Assembly: GCA_964638575.1 (NCBI GenBank)
Contig: CAZWYN010000003.1
Coordinates: forward strand, 1-44,654
DNA: 44,654 nucleotides
Source: an uncultured Pseudomonadales bacterium
GTDB lineage: Bacteria; Patescibacteriota; Microgenomatia; UBA1400; MFAQ01
Direction of reading: 5' to 3'
Shown here: positions 8,545 through 17,034 of the stretch, piece after piece
Layout: each line of letters begins with the position of its first letter
Position numbering within the stretch: position 1 is the stretch's first letter
The notes under the pieces: generated by a model
What the model saw: only the letters and a program-made list of their open reading frames with translations
Databases searched by the model: none
What the model was told of the DNA's origin: nothing
Made by a program: the position numbers and the translations under genes

Positions 8545-9523
8545 TTGTGTAAAACTTCCCGTAAATCTCAGTCAGTTTGGTTTTTGGTGTCCAATCAAGA
8601 AGATACAACGAACTAGAACTGCCTATACTTTCTGCGCCAGTATATTTATTAAATTGAAAATACTTCGAATGAATTAGCAGTTCTTTATCGGTAATAATTT
8701 TCTGGATCTCGAGCTCTCTTTCCCGAGCTCTGTCGCTGTTCCCATAACAAAGGTAAAGCCTTGACGTGTATCTCTTTCTTAATAGCTCAATTCCACGATT
8801 TAAAAACAACGAAATACCGCTAGGGGTATACGGAGGATCAGTAAATACTGAGTCAAATTGAGATAGATAATCCTTTGGAAATGCAGAGCGCAAATCTCTT
8901 TTAATAACCTCTATGCCTAGATTGTATTCTGAAGAAATTTTTTCTATCAGTGAGGTAATTCTCGTGTCGATCTCGAAAACGGTAATTCTTTTGGCTTGCT
9001 TGGTAATACCAACCGCAATCGAAGTCAAGTCGTCATCACCCAAGAACACAACGCTTCTTTTGTAAAGATCCCCATTCTTCGCCATTTCCGATGCCCGTCT
9101 AGAAGTTGTGATTGCTGTGGCGGTAAACTGATCATACTGTCTATCAGGGATGGGCCTAATTTTTTGAATGTTCTCAAGTACCTCCCTAATTGATTTCTTA
9201 TCGATATTTTTAATTTTAGTTAGACTCTCAGTTACAAACTGATGTATTTGATTTTCATTATCTTTCAATTCAACCCTGCTAGTAGGTGGCATCAGAATTT
9301 CTCTGAAAAACTCAAGTATTCTCTTAAAATGAATTTCTGGGAAACCAAATTTTCTTAGGAGAAGTTTAGAATCAATTGATTTGTTCTTCGAAATATTATC
9401 CAGTAAGGCAAAAATATCTTTTTCCCTGATATCTAAAACAATACTGGCGTCAGAAATCTTTCTATTAAGTTCTTTTTCATCCATCGTATTTCTATTATAT
9501 CGCTTGGAATTGTTTGTGCTCAA
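8537..9523 (-). CDS. BpsA/DUF43-family aminopropyltransferase (branched-chain polyamine synthase-like)
   Basis: RP.PDRQYDQ, FLGDDDLTSIA, EID.R, TDPPYT motifs; overlaps the speD-like gene. Confidence 0.8.
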   Translation of the reverse strand: MSTNNSKRYNRNTMDEKELNRKISDASIVLDIREKDIFALLDNISKNKSIDSKLLLRKFGFPEIHFKRILEFFREILMPPTSRVELKDNENQIHQFVTESLTKIKNIDKKSIREVLENIQKIRPIPDRQYDQFTATAITTSRRASEMAKNGDLYKRSVVFLGDDDLTSIAVGITKQAKRITVFEIDTRITSLIEKISSEYNLGIEVIKRDLRSAFPKDYLSQFDSVFTDPPYTPSGISLFLNRGIELLRKRYTSRLYLCYGNSDRARERELEIQKIITDKELLIHSKYFQFNKYTGAESIGSSSSLYLLDWTPKTKLTEIYGKFYTNE

Positions 9524-10611
9524 ACTCTCAGTCTATTTCCTAATTTTATTGCTCTTTGGTATACATCCTCTAACAATACTTCATTTACTTTATTTTTTTC
9601 ACTCGAAGTATAGCCTCCACAAAGAAGACCTAGAAATTTGTACGTAGTATAAACTTCCATGAGATTAAACCTGTCAGAGAAACTAGGATCCAAAACTCCC
9701 GCATTTTTCTCCAATAGATGAAGGTATTTCATTAATATTTGTTCTCTATTAGAATCATCTATATATCCAGACTGTGATCCTTGTTCAAAAAAGTATGCCA
9801 TTTCCGCAGCTCTGTCACCAAAATGAATGTATTCAAAGTCAATTAGTCTTACCCCGTTTCTAGTTTTGAGAATATTTTCCGGATGTAAGTCCCCATGTAA
9901 TAGTGAAAAACTAGGAGGCATAGCTATATTTTTTATATGTGCAGAAAGATATTCTTCACCAGATCTAACTAGCTTACTAACTTTATCTAAAAATAATATG
10001 TCGAGATTGTTCATGTTTCTACCTATATTGAGTGAGTCATAAACCCTCCGATACCATTCAACCAACAGGTTAAAATATGAATCTTTGTGCAATAACATAT
10101 CGTCTACAACCGCATTTTTTAAGGCTCTAGGAGCTACTTCTAGTGGATTAAATTTCTGAGAGGTTGTTTTGTGTAATCCTACAATTGCTTTTAAAATATC
10201 ATTCATTAAAGAATCCGTAACCACCGGCTGTTTTTCTTTTGGTTTATCAAAATATCCCAATTGTTTACCCTCAATCCATTCGACCACTACTTCCCTGGTG
10301 TTACTATTAATGTATCTAACTTCGGGAAACAACCCTATATCATTTTTTAAGGCCTTAACTCTTTCAAACTCGAGAAACTTAGAATCCGTTTTTGCATGAA
10401 TGTATGCTAATTTGGAGCTGCTGTCACCAAGATAAAATATCGTAGTATCCGCCTTCGGTTTACAAAAAAGTTGCTTAACTATTTTTGGTGAAGCCTTTTC
10501 ACCTCGTTTAAGAATCATTGGACCAGAGCTAATTATCTTGATTCTTTCAGTTATTTCGACGTGTTTTTTATTATCCGATTCGTCTTTATGAATGTTGTAG
10601 GACATCTTCAT
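9520..10611 (-). CDS. Aminoglycoside phosphotransferase/choline kinase-fold kinase
   Basis: LLHGDLHPENIL and LIDFEY..GD motifs. Confidence 0.85.
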   Translation of the reverse strand: MKMSYNIHKDESDNKKHVEITERIKIISSGPMILKRGEKASPKIVKQLFCKPKADTTIFYLGDSSSKLAYIHAKTDSKFLEFERVKALKNDIGLFPEVRYINSNTREVVVEWIEGKQLGYFDKPKEKQPVVTDSLMNDILKAIVGLHKTTSQKFNPLEVAPRALKNAVVDDMLLHKDSYFNLLVEWYRRVYDSLNIGRNMNNLDILFLDKVSKLVRSGEEYLSAHIKNIAMPPSFSLLHGDLHPENILKTRNGVRLIDFEYIHFGDRAAEMAYFFEQGSQSGYIDDSNREQILMKYLHLLEKNAGVLDPSFSDRFNLMEVYTTYKFLGLLCGGYTSSEKNKVNEVLLEDVYQRAIKLGNRLRV

Positions 10612-10643
10612 TTTTATGATAAAATGTTGTCGTTAATTATATT

Positions 10644-11291
10644 ATGGGAAAAAGAGTATTAATAGTAGCTGCACACCCAGATGACGAAGTCCTGGGGTGT
10701 GGTGGAACGATTTGTAAGCTCGTCGAGGCAGGCAATCAAGTTTCCATACTATACTTATCTTCGGGAGATAACATCGAATCTATTCGGGAGGAGGAGGCAA
10801 AAGAAGCGTGTAAATTCCTAAATATTAATTCGTATTTTTTTCTTAGATTAAAGGGTTCAGAATTTGTGGTAAAACAGGAAAATATTAATCAAATAATTTC
10901 GGTGTTTTCAGAGATTAAGCCCCAAATTATTTATGTCAACCACGACGAAGATGCTGATTTTGAGCATCTCACTGCGAATAAACTCGTGAGCGAGTCACTC
11001 TGGAGATATAACGCACTTGCATCGAAGGATAATCGCATTATGGCACTCGTTCTGTATGAAGTACATAAACCAATGTCATCCTACAACTTGATCGAGGATG
11101 TTTCAATTGAAATGGACAAAAAAATGAATGCCATGACTATTTACTCTTCTCAGCTCAAAACAACACGATGGGATCTAGCCATAAAGGGATTAAACCAGTA
11201 CCGAGGATTGTTACACGACAATTTAAAATATGCGGAAGTCTTTCAAATCAAAAAGCTTTCATCAATTCTTCCATTGCTTGATTCTATGTAG
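10644..11291 (+). CDS. PIG-L/LmbE family N-deacetylase
   Basis: AAHPDDEVLGCGG, REEEA..AC; second motif DFEH (variant of HxDH); YAEVF C-terminus. Confidence 0.88.
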   Translation: MGKRVLIVAAHPDDEVLGCGGTICKLVEAGNQVSILYLSSGDNIESIREEEAKEACKFLNINSYFFLRLKGSEFVVKQENINQIISVFSEIKPQIIYVNHDEDADFEHLTANKLVSESLWRYNALASKDNRIMALVLYEVHKPMSSYNLIEDVSIEMDKKMNAMTIYSSQLKTTRWDLAIKGLNQYRGLLHDNLKYAEVFQIKKLSSILPLLDSM

Positions 11292-11350
11292 TTTTTTGAT
11301 TGAGTTTATTCTCGATAAGTTTCAAACACCGAAATATAAATAATCAAAGA

Positions 11351-12169
11351 TTACTTTCTAAGTTTAAAAACCTCCTGAACATGATATCCAAAAAGTGTAG
11401 TCATTTTCCAAATAAAGAGGTAAATTCCTGTTAAGATTCCCTTTTCTTTAGATGCGTCAAAAACGTATTTTCTAAAACTATCAAATACACCTTTAGGTTT
11501 ATCACGTACCCCAACTTCAACCCCAATCCTTCTGCCCACCCCATACCAAAAAGAGCTTTTAAGATCTGAATATATGCTAAGTGCAGGATGGTACACTACT
11601 GCCGTTGGGTTATATGCGATTTTGAGATTTGCTTTATTGACTCTCATATCAAACTCACTATCTTCTGACCAACATAGACTGGGATGAAAATAGAATCCAC
11701 CTATATATTCCCTAATTTTTTTTCTAAAAAGTAAGGGTGGCGAATAAGCACTAACTTTGTCTGATGTGTGATATTCTCGTGCCCTTGCAATAATAGAGGT
11801 CAGCCAGGAATTTCTACCAAACACCACCCTCCCTTTCGACAGTAGATTATTGCCTAAGTTAGTGTCCAATTTTCGTATAGTTTCTTTTTCAAAAATACAA
11901 TCTGAGTCCATTAACAAGATTTTGTTATACGAAGAATGTTCTATGCCATTGTTGTATGCTCTCGCAATACTAGCTTCGCTAATTTGGCATACTATAATGT
12001 GCAAAAAATTTTTGGAATTTTGCTCTTTTATTATATTTTTTACGAGTTTTCTTATATTTCTCGACGGCTTATTTAGAGATATAACTACCTCAACTTTTTC
12101 ATCGATAGATTCAATACAATTTTTCAACCTAAGATCATTACTGACTGGGATTACGATAGAAAGTTGCAT
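11351..12169 (-). CDS. Glycosyltransferase family 2
   Basis: LSIVIPV, AYNNGI, LMDSDC (DxD), SEDSEF motifs. Confidence 0.85.
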   Translation of the reverse strand: MQLSIVIPVSNDLRLKNCIESIDEKVEVVISLNKPSRNIRKLVKNIIKEQNSKNFLHIIVCQISEASIARAYNNGIEHSSYNKILLMDSDCIFEKETIRKLDTNLGNNLLSKGRVVFGRNSWLTSIIARAREYHTSDKVSAYSPPLLFRKKIREYIGGFYFHPSLCWSEDSEFDMRVNKANLKIAYNPTAVVYHPALSIYSDLKSSFWYGVGRRIGVEVGVRDKPKGVFDSFRKYVFDASKEKGILTGIYLFIWKMTTLFGYHVQEVFKLRK

Positions 12170-13860
12170 TATTTTGAAATTATAAAATCGCCGATTGCGA
12201 GATAATCGGTTTTATTAGAATAAAACGATCTAATTGCGTCGATCGGATTACAAACGATTGGTTCCCCTTTTCCATTAAAAGAAGTGTTCATTATTACAGG
12301 AAACCCACTTAATTTTTTGAATTCTAAAATTAAATTATAGTATTTTGGATTCGTTTCCCTTAAAACAGATTGAGGTCTGGTTGTACCGTCAACGTGTACG
12401 AGTGCAGGTAGTTTTTTATAATATTGTTTCTTTACATTGAAACCGACAATCATGAATGGGGAGAAAACTGAGTTTTCTAAATACTTATCCATTTCTTCTG
12501 CTATAAAACTTGGAGCTAGTGGTCTCCAATTCTCTCTATCTTTGGCTTCATTAAGTTTGTTATGCGTTTTTGGTAAACAAGGGTTCCCAAGAATACTTCT
12601 ATTACCCAATGCTCTTGGTCCAACCTCCATTGGTCCTTGAAACCAAGAAATTATTTTTCCCTGAAAAATAAGCTTTGCTATTACCTTAGTAATGTTGTTC
12701 ACTTTTTTATATCGTATAGAGTACTTATCTAGCACCTTTTTAATTTCCCTGTTGGAAAATTCTGGTCCCCAACTAGCACTTATTAGCGTCTTTTTGGGTT
12801 TATTTTTTGATAATAATAACGCTGCCCCTACTGAAACCCCAATATCATTAGGAAAAGGTGGAACAAATAGCTTATCGACTAAACCTGATTTAATTATTTC
12901 TCCATTCAACATGCAATTAAGTGCTACCCCTCCCGATAGACACAGGTTTTTACATCCGGTTTTACGTACGGCTTTATCAACTAGATGCAAAACGGTTTGT
13001 TCTAAAATCTTTTGTGCGGATGAGGCGATATTTTTATGTCTTTGGGTTAGGTGTAAAGACTCGCACAATCGTGAATTAGTTAAATTATATGTAACTCTGG
13101 GCACATTGCGATCTCCCATTCTGGATAATGCTCGCAACCACGTATCTGAAATCATTTCTTCTTTATCTAATCTTGGTTTGTTCTCTATTCTAATGTTCTC
13201 TCGCGGTTTGATGTTTACCTTATACCCATCGGTTGTTAGTTCAAATTCTCTGAATTTATAGATAGGCAATCCGTAAGAAGCCAAACCCATCGTTTTTCCT
13301 GCATTCATAAAATCAAAACCCAGATACTGGGTAATAGCGTCATAAAAAAATCCCAAAGAATCCTTTATCGGAAATTTTTTCAGAATATTAATTTTCTCGT
13401 TTTTTCCAAGTGCGACCGATCCAGAATCATCCTCACCTTGACCGTCAAGTGTTATGATTGTTGCTTTTTTAAACCCAGAAAAATAGTAGGTCGAAGCAGC
13501 ATGAGCGAGGTGATGGTCAACCAATTCAATTCGAGGCTGTTTTATATATTTGAAGTACTTTTTAGGAAAATATACTTCTGCTAAATCCTTTAATTTCGGT
13601 TCTTCAACTCCCGCATTCCCATACAATTTATTAAAGTTCCAGCCAACACCAACTATATCCACATCATCTAAGGTAATTCTTGCTTTTTTTAGACAATAAG
13701 CAATAGAATTATATGGCACTTTTCCAAAAGCATGTTTGCTCCTAATAAATCTCTCTTCCTCTGCCATAGCAACCAACTCTCCATTTCTCAGAAGACATGC
13801 AGAAGCGTCGTGCGTTCTTTTAAACCATCCATTAATGCCAAGAATATATTCTGTTTTCAT
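12169..13860 (-). CDS. O-carbamoyltransferase (NodU/CmcH/TobZ family)
   Basis: HDASACL..EEER, DHHLAHAAS, DGQGE, GGVALNC, GPRALGNRSIL, WRPLAP, HVDGT.RPQ, NTSFN.KGEP. Confidence 0.95.
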   Translation of the reverse strand: MKTEYILGINGWFKRTHDASACLLRNGELVAMAEEERFIRSKHAFGKVPYNSIAYCLKKARITLDDVDIVGVGWNFNKLYGNAGVEEPKLKDLAEVYFPKKYFKYIKQPRIELVDHHLAHAASTYYFSGFKKATIITLDGQGEDDSGSVALGKNEKINILKKFPIKDSLGFFYDAITQYLGFDFMNAGKTMGLASYGLPIYKFREFELTTDGYKVNIKPRENIRIENKPRLDKEEMISDTWLRALSRMGDRNVPRVTYNLTNSRLCESLHLTQRHKNIASSAQKILEQTVLHLVDKAVRKTGCKNLCLSGGVALNCMLNGEIIKSGLVDKLFVPPFPNDIGVSVGAALLLSKNKPKKTLISASWGPEFSNREIKKVLDKYSIRYKKVNNITKVIAKLIFQGKIISWFQGPMEVGPRALGNRSILGNPCLPKTHNKLNEAKDRENWRPLAPSFIAEEMDKYLENSVFSPFMIVGFNVKKQYYKKLPALVHVDGTTRPQSVLRETNPKYYNLILEFKKLSGFPVIMNTSFNGKGEPIVCNPIDAIRSFYSNKTDYLAIGDFIISK

Positions 13861-13861
13861 T

Positions 13862-15016
13862 TTAAATATTATTAACGCTTCTTATAAATTTAATTCTTTT
13901 ATTGATTTTCTTTTGGTATCTTTTGTAATTCAATTCCAGAAATATTTTCAAATTCTTAGATAATACGCTTTTTTGTTCGTTAAGGGCAAAAAGAAAATCA
14001 AGTCTTCGCTCTGCATGTAACGAATCGAAAGAATTAATGTATGAATTTTGTATTAACTTCTTCTTATCAAGAAAGGGGTTAACCTTAAAATTTTCAATCT
14101 CTATTCCTGCACAACAAAAGACCACCGCTCTGTTGATACACGCTTTGCATACACCACAGTTATTGCCAAAATAACAACTAACAGTTTCATTTACGGTTAA
14201 ATTATACTTTTTCTCCCACTTATTGTGCCAATATGCTAGTATTTCCGGTTTGGTTATATTCATAAATGGTGTTGTCACAGAAATATCTTTACCGTACAAA
14301 TTTGATAATATTTTTGAAGCTGATTTAAAAAATCTTTTACTCTTATCAGTATGGGTCGTGTTTATCTCCTCTTGGTGAGCACAAATCCAAATCTTAGATT
14401 TTTTACTTTTAGATAATGATAAAACCGAACCTGCAATGGCAGCAAATAAATAATTCCTTGCCGGAATTATTCCCAATTTCCACCGCTTCCAGTCCTGATC
14501 AATATATTCATTAATATCTATCATAATAATTAGCGGTTCAATATTTAGTTTTTTTAATATTCTTTTAACATAAACAATTTCTTCTTTTTCGTTTTTTTGT
14601 CCAAAACCTACATATACAGGTTTCACCTTAAGTTTCTTATCCAGAGCATATAATAAGCCGGCTGTGCTGTCAGCTCCACCACTAAACGAAAGAATTAAAT
14701 CGTAATCGTCCATACCATTTTGGAGAATATGATTATCCGATCCATCAAAATCTATATCTATGTTAAAGGTTCTTGGTGCAGCCCTTTTATCATTTAATAC
14801 ATAAGATAGAAACCGATTAAAAAAATATTTATCAACGAATTTTTTGCCCTTTATAACAATCTTATCGAATTCCAAATATCCCGCTAAAACAGTTAATAAT
14901 GCAAGTCTAACCGAAACATCTACGAGCTCGTTTTGCATACCACTTATTTTTACGTCGTCAATCTGTTTACCACCAATTTTACCCAACATCATATTAAGTT
15001 CTTCTTTTTGTGCCAT
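13862..15016 (-). CDS. queC: QueC-like PP-loop ATPase (7-cyano-7-deazaguanine synthase family), enlarged and divergent
   Basis: SFSGGADS PP-loop, IPARN, SCY...CGVCKACINR Zn site; ~100-aa N-terminal and ~80-aa C-terminal extensions. Confidence 0.8.
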   Translation of the reverse strand: MAQKEELNMMLGKIGGKQIDDVKISGMQNELVDVSVRLALLTVLAGYLEFDKIVIKGKKFVDKYFFNRFLSYVLNDKRAAPRTFNIDIDFDGSDNHILQNGMDDYDLILSFSGGADSTAGLLYALDKKLKVKPVYVGFGQKNEKEEIVYVKRILKKLNIEPLIIMIDINEYIDQDWKRWKLGIIPARNYLFAAIAGSVLSLSKSKKSKIWICAHQEEINTTHTDKSKRFFKSASKILSNLYGKDISVTTPFMNITKPEILAYWHNKWEKKYNLTVNETVSCYFGNNCGVCKACINRAVVFCCAGIEIENFKVNPFLDKKKLIQNSYINSFDSLHAERRLDFLFALNEQKSVLSKNLKIFLELNYKRYQKKINKRIKFIRSVNNI

Positions 15017-15806
15017 ACCAAATTAATTGATTTCTAATTGCTATTTTCCAACCTTCCTTATTGACGGCTTGTTGGACATTTAGCTTGTGAAGTTCAACAT
15101 CAGAGACTGTGTGACCCTCCGGCATTATCAAAATCTTTTGTTTTGGGAGTTGGCACTCCTCCACGATTGAACGAATCTCAACAAGATCTTCATTGTTTAC
15201 CACCACAAACTTAAACCACGAGTTTTTTAGAGCACCAATGTGTCTCAAGACATCGGGCTTGTATCTTAAACTTAGGTCATTTCCACTATTTTCTAACTTT
15301 GGTGAGCAATTAAATTGACATAATGATAATTCAACTCTTGGTAATATGGTCCCATTTGTCTCAATTTCTATATTCCAATCAGGAATAAGTTTGAGAAGTT
15401 CGACCACTTTGTCCTGTTGAAGTAATGGTTCGCCACCTGTTAAAACGAGTCTTTTGTTCGAATCTCTAGGATAACTTTCTGACCAAGCCTTGTTAATTTC
15501 GTTAACTGTATACAGGTAGTCCCAATCAACCGGTTCTTTCCAGTATTCAGACCTTGACTTATCCCAGGTGTATCCAGTATCACATTTCCAACCTCTCTTG
15601 AAACCACACGCTAGATTACAATAATGAAGTCGTAGAAATATTGCAGGCATCCCCACGGATCCGCCTTCTGCAGGCGTGAGTCCCTCTCCTTGTCTAGTCG
15701 AAAATATCTTGTCGCCACTAATTTTAAGTTCGTTTTTGTGAGGACTAATTCTAAGAAGATCCTCAGGCATTGGTTTGTGGGGTAACTTGTTTCTTTTATC
15801 TGACAT
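14994..15806 (-). CDS. queE: 7-carboxy-7-deazaguanine synthase (radical SAM)
   Basis: IFSTRQGEG, FLRL..CNLAC..CDT, LTGGEPLLQ, IETNGT, SPKL motifs. Confidence 0.92.
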   Translation of the reverse strand: MSDKRNKLPHKPMPEDLLRISPHKNELKISGDKIFSTRQGEGLTPAEGGSVGMPAIFLRLHYCNLACGFKRGWKCDTGYTWDKSRSEYWKEPVDWDYLYTVNEINKAWSESYPRDSNKRLVLTGGEPLLQQDKVVELLKLIPDWNIEIETNGTILPRVELSLCQFNCSPKLENSGNDLSLRYKPDVLRHIGALKNSWFKFVVVNNEDLVEIRSIVEECQLPKQKILIMPEGHTVSDVELHKLNVQQAVNKEGWKIAIRNQLIWYGTKRRT

Positions 15807-16248
15807 CTTTTTGTTTACAAATAACCAAACTTGTGGGTGTTTCCCAAAGTTTTACAGAATGTAACTTCAAACCTGTGCCAAAACGGTCTGCAAATAAAGG
15901 TTCAAGCTTCTTGAAGCTCCATGCGGCAATATTTTCGGCAGTAGTTGTAAAGGGAACAACAACATGTTTAAGTTCAGGATTTTTAGAAAATAATTTTACA
16001 AGTAACTTGTCTCTGTCCCAAATCATAAAACCGTGATCAAGGACGTCATGAATGTTGCTTAAAGCAATATCTTTTATTTCCCCAAAGTCAATCACCATTC
16101 CTTCATTAGACGATCCTTTTTTTGAGATTAAGTCTCCCTCTAAAATGATCTCCATTTTATATCTGTGGCCATGGATGTTTTTACATTTTGAATGGTGGTT
16201 CAATACACGATGACCCATGTCCCATTCTATCTGCTTGCTAACTTTCAT
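15796..16248 (-). CDS. queD: 6-carboxytetrahydropterin synthase
   Basis: GHRV...[30 protein letters not shown]. Confidence 0.95.
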   Translation of the reverse strand: MKVSKQIEWDMGHRVLNHHSKCKNIHGHRYKMEIILEGDLISKKGSSNEGMVIDFGEIKDIALSNIHDVLDHGFMIWDRDKLLVKLFSKNPELKHVVVPFTTTAENIAAWSFKKLEPLFADRFGTGLKLHSVKLWETPTSLVICKQKDVR

Positions 16249-16837
16249 TTTTAACCTCCATTCTTGAATCGGTATCTTGATAGAATTGTTTTACCAGATC
16301 TTGATCTCTTTCAAAGATACCTCTTTTTATACTTGTTTTTGTTAAAAATCCCTTTTTTTTGACACCGCGCATACTCACACATAAGTGTTCGGCTTCTATG
16401 TATACGATACTTCCATCTGGATTGACATATTTTTCAATCGCATCTGATATCTGCCTAGTTAAATTCTCCTGGGTTTGCAAGCGTTTCGAATATATATCAA
16501 CAATTCTTGCGAATTTCGACAGTCCAAGAACTTTACTGTTCGGAATATAGGCAATGTGAACTTGCCCGTAAAAAGGTATCATGTGATGCTCGCAAAGGCT
16601 GTAGAAATCTATATTGCATACCGTTACCAGGTCGGAGTATCCATTACTATCAAAAAGTTTAATTACATTTGAAACATTCTGACCATATCCTGATAGAAGC
16701 TCGGAGTACATTTCCACCACCCTCTTAGGGGTGTCCCTAAGACCTTCTCGATTGGGATCTTCACCATGAGCCAAAAGAACCTTTTCAATCAGGTTCTTCA
16801 AATCCTTTTTGTTTGATACCTCAATATTGTGTTTCAT
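16238..16837 (-). CDS. folE: GTP cyclohydrolase I
   Basis: [42 protein letters not shown]; start re-assigned to ATG 16837 (MKHNIE). Confidence 0.95.
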   Translation of the reverse strand: MKHNIEVSNKKDLKNLIEKVLLAHGEDPNREGLRDTPKRVVEMYSELLSGYGQNVSNVIKLFDSNGYSDLVTVCNIDFYSLCEHHMIPFYGQVHIAYIPNSKVLGLSKFARIVDIYSKRLQTQENLTRQISDAIEKYVNPDGSIVYIEAEHLCVSMRGVKKKGFLTKTSIKRGIFERDQDLVKQFYQDTDSRMEVKNES

Positions 16838-16838
16838 C

Positions 16839-16935
16839 GCAGGTTTTGTCGGTCCACACTTTCGAGTGGCAGACCTGCTACCGTTGCAAGTTTTAACGGT
16901 CCATCTCACTGGATGGCTGACTTGCCTACCGTAGT
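16839..16935 (-). ncRNA. Candidate tandem structured cis-regulatory RNA (two pseudoknot units) in the folE-queD-queE-queC leader
   Basis: Two ~47-nt direct repeats with compensatory changes in two stems; lies between an extended -10 promoter and the folE ATG. Confidence 0.7.
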
Positions 16936-16941
16936 ATTTCT

Positions 16942-16970
16942 ATTGTAACACCTTATGGGCTGTGGTTAAA
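16942..16970 (-). promoter_or_regulatory. Extended -10 promoter for the folE operon
   Basis: Minus strand TGtTACAAT at 16950-16942, weak -35 TTTAAC at 16970-16965; predicted start ~16935. Confidence 0.6.
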
Positions 16971-17034
16971 CTAGTGTACGCCGACCATCAGTATACTTTG
17001 TTTCTAAGCGCGTCAACTGGAATATAATATAGGC

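Noticed and set aside
16838-16909. N-terminal extension of FolE from the GTG at 16909 (ORF track)
   Set aside because: It falls inside the tandem repeat (period not divisible by 3) and does not resemble FolE; ATG 16837 gives a normal length.
16839-16932. Canonical preQ1, THF-II, ZTP or c-di-GMP riboswitch, or hammerhead ribozyme
   Set aside because: Conserved core sequences of these families, as I recall them, are absent. Only the pseudoknot topology resembles preQ1-I. An Rfam scan is still needed.
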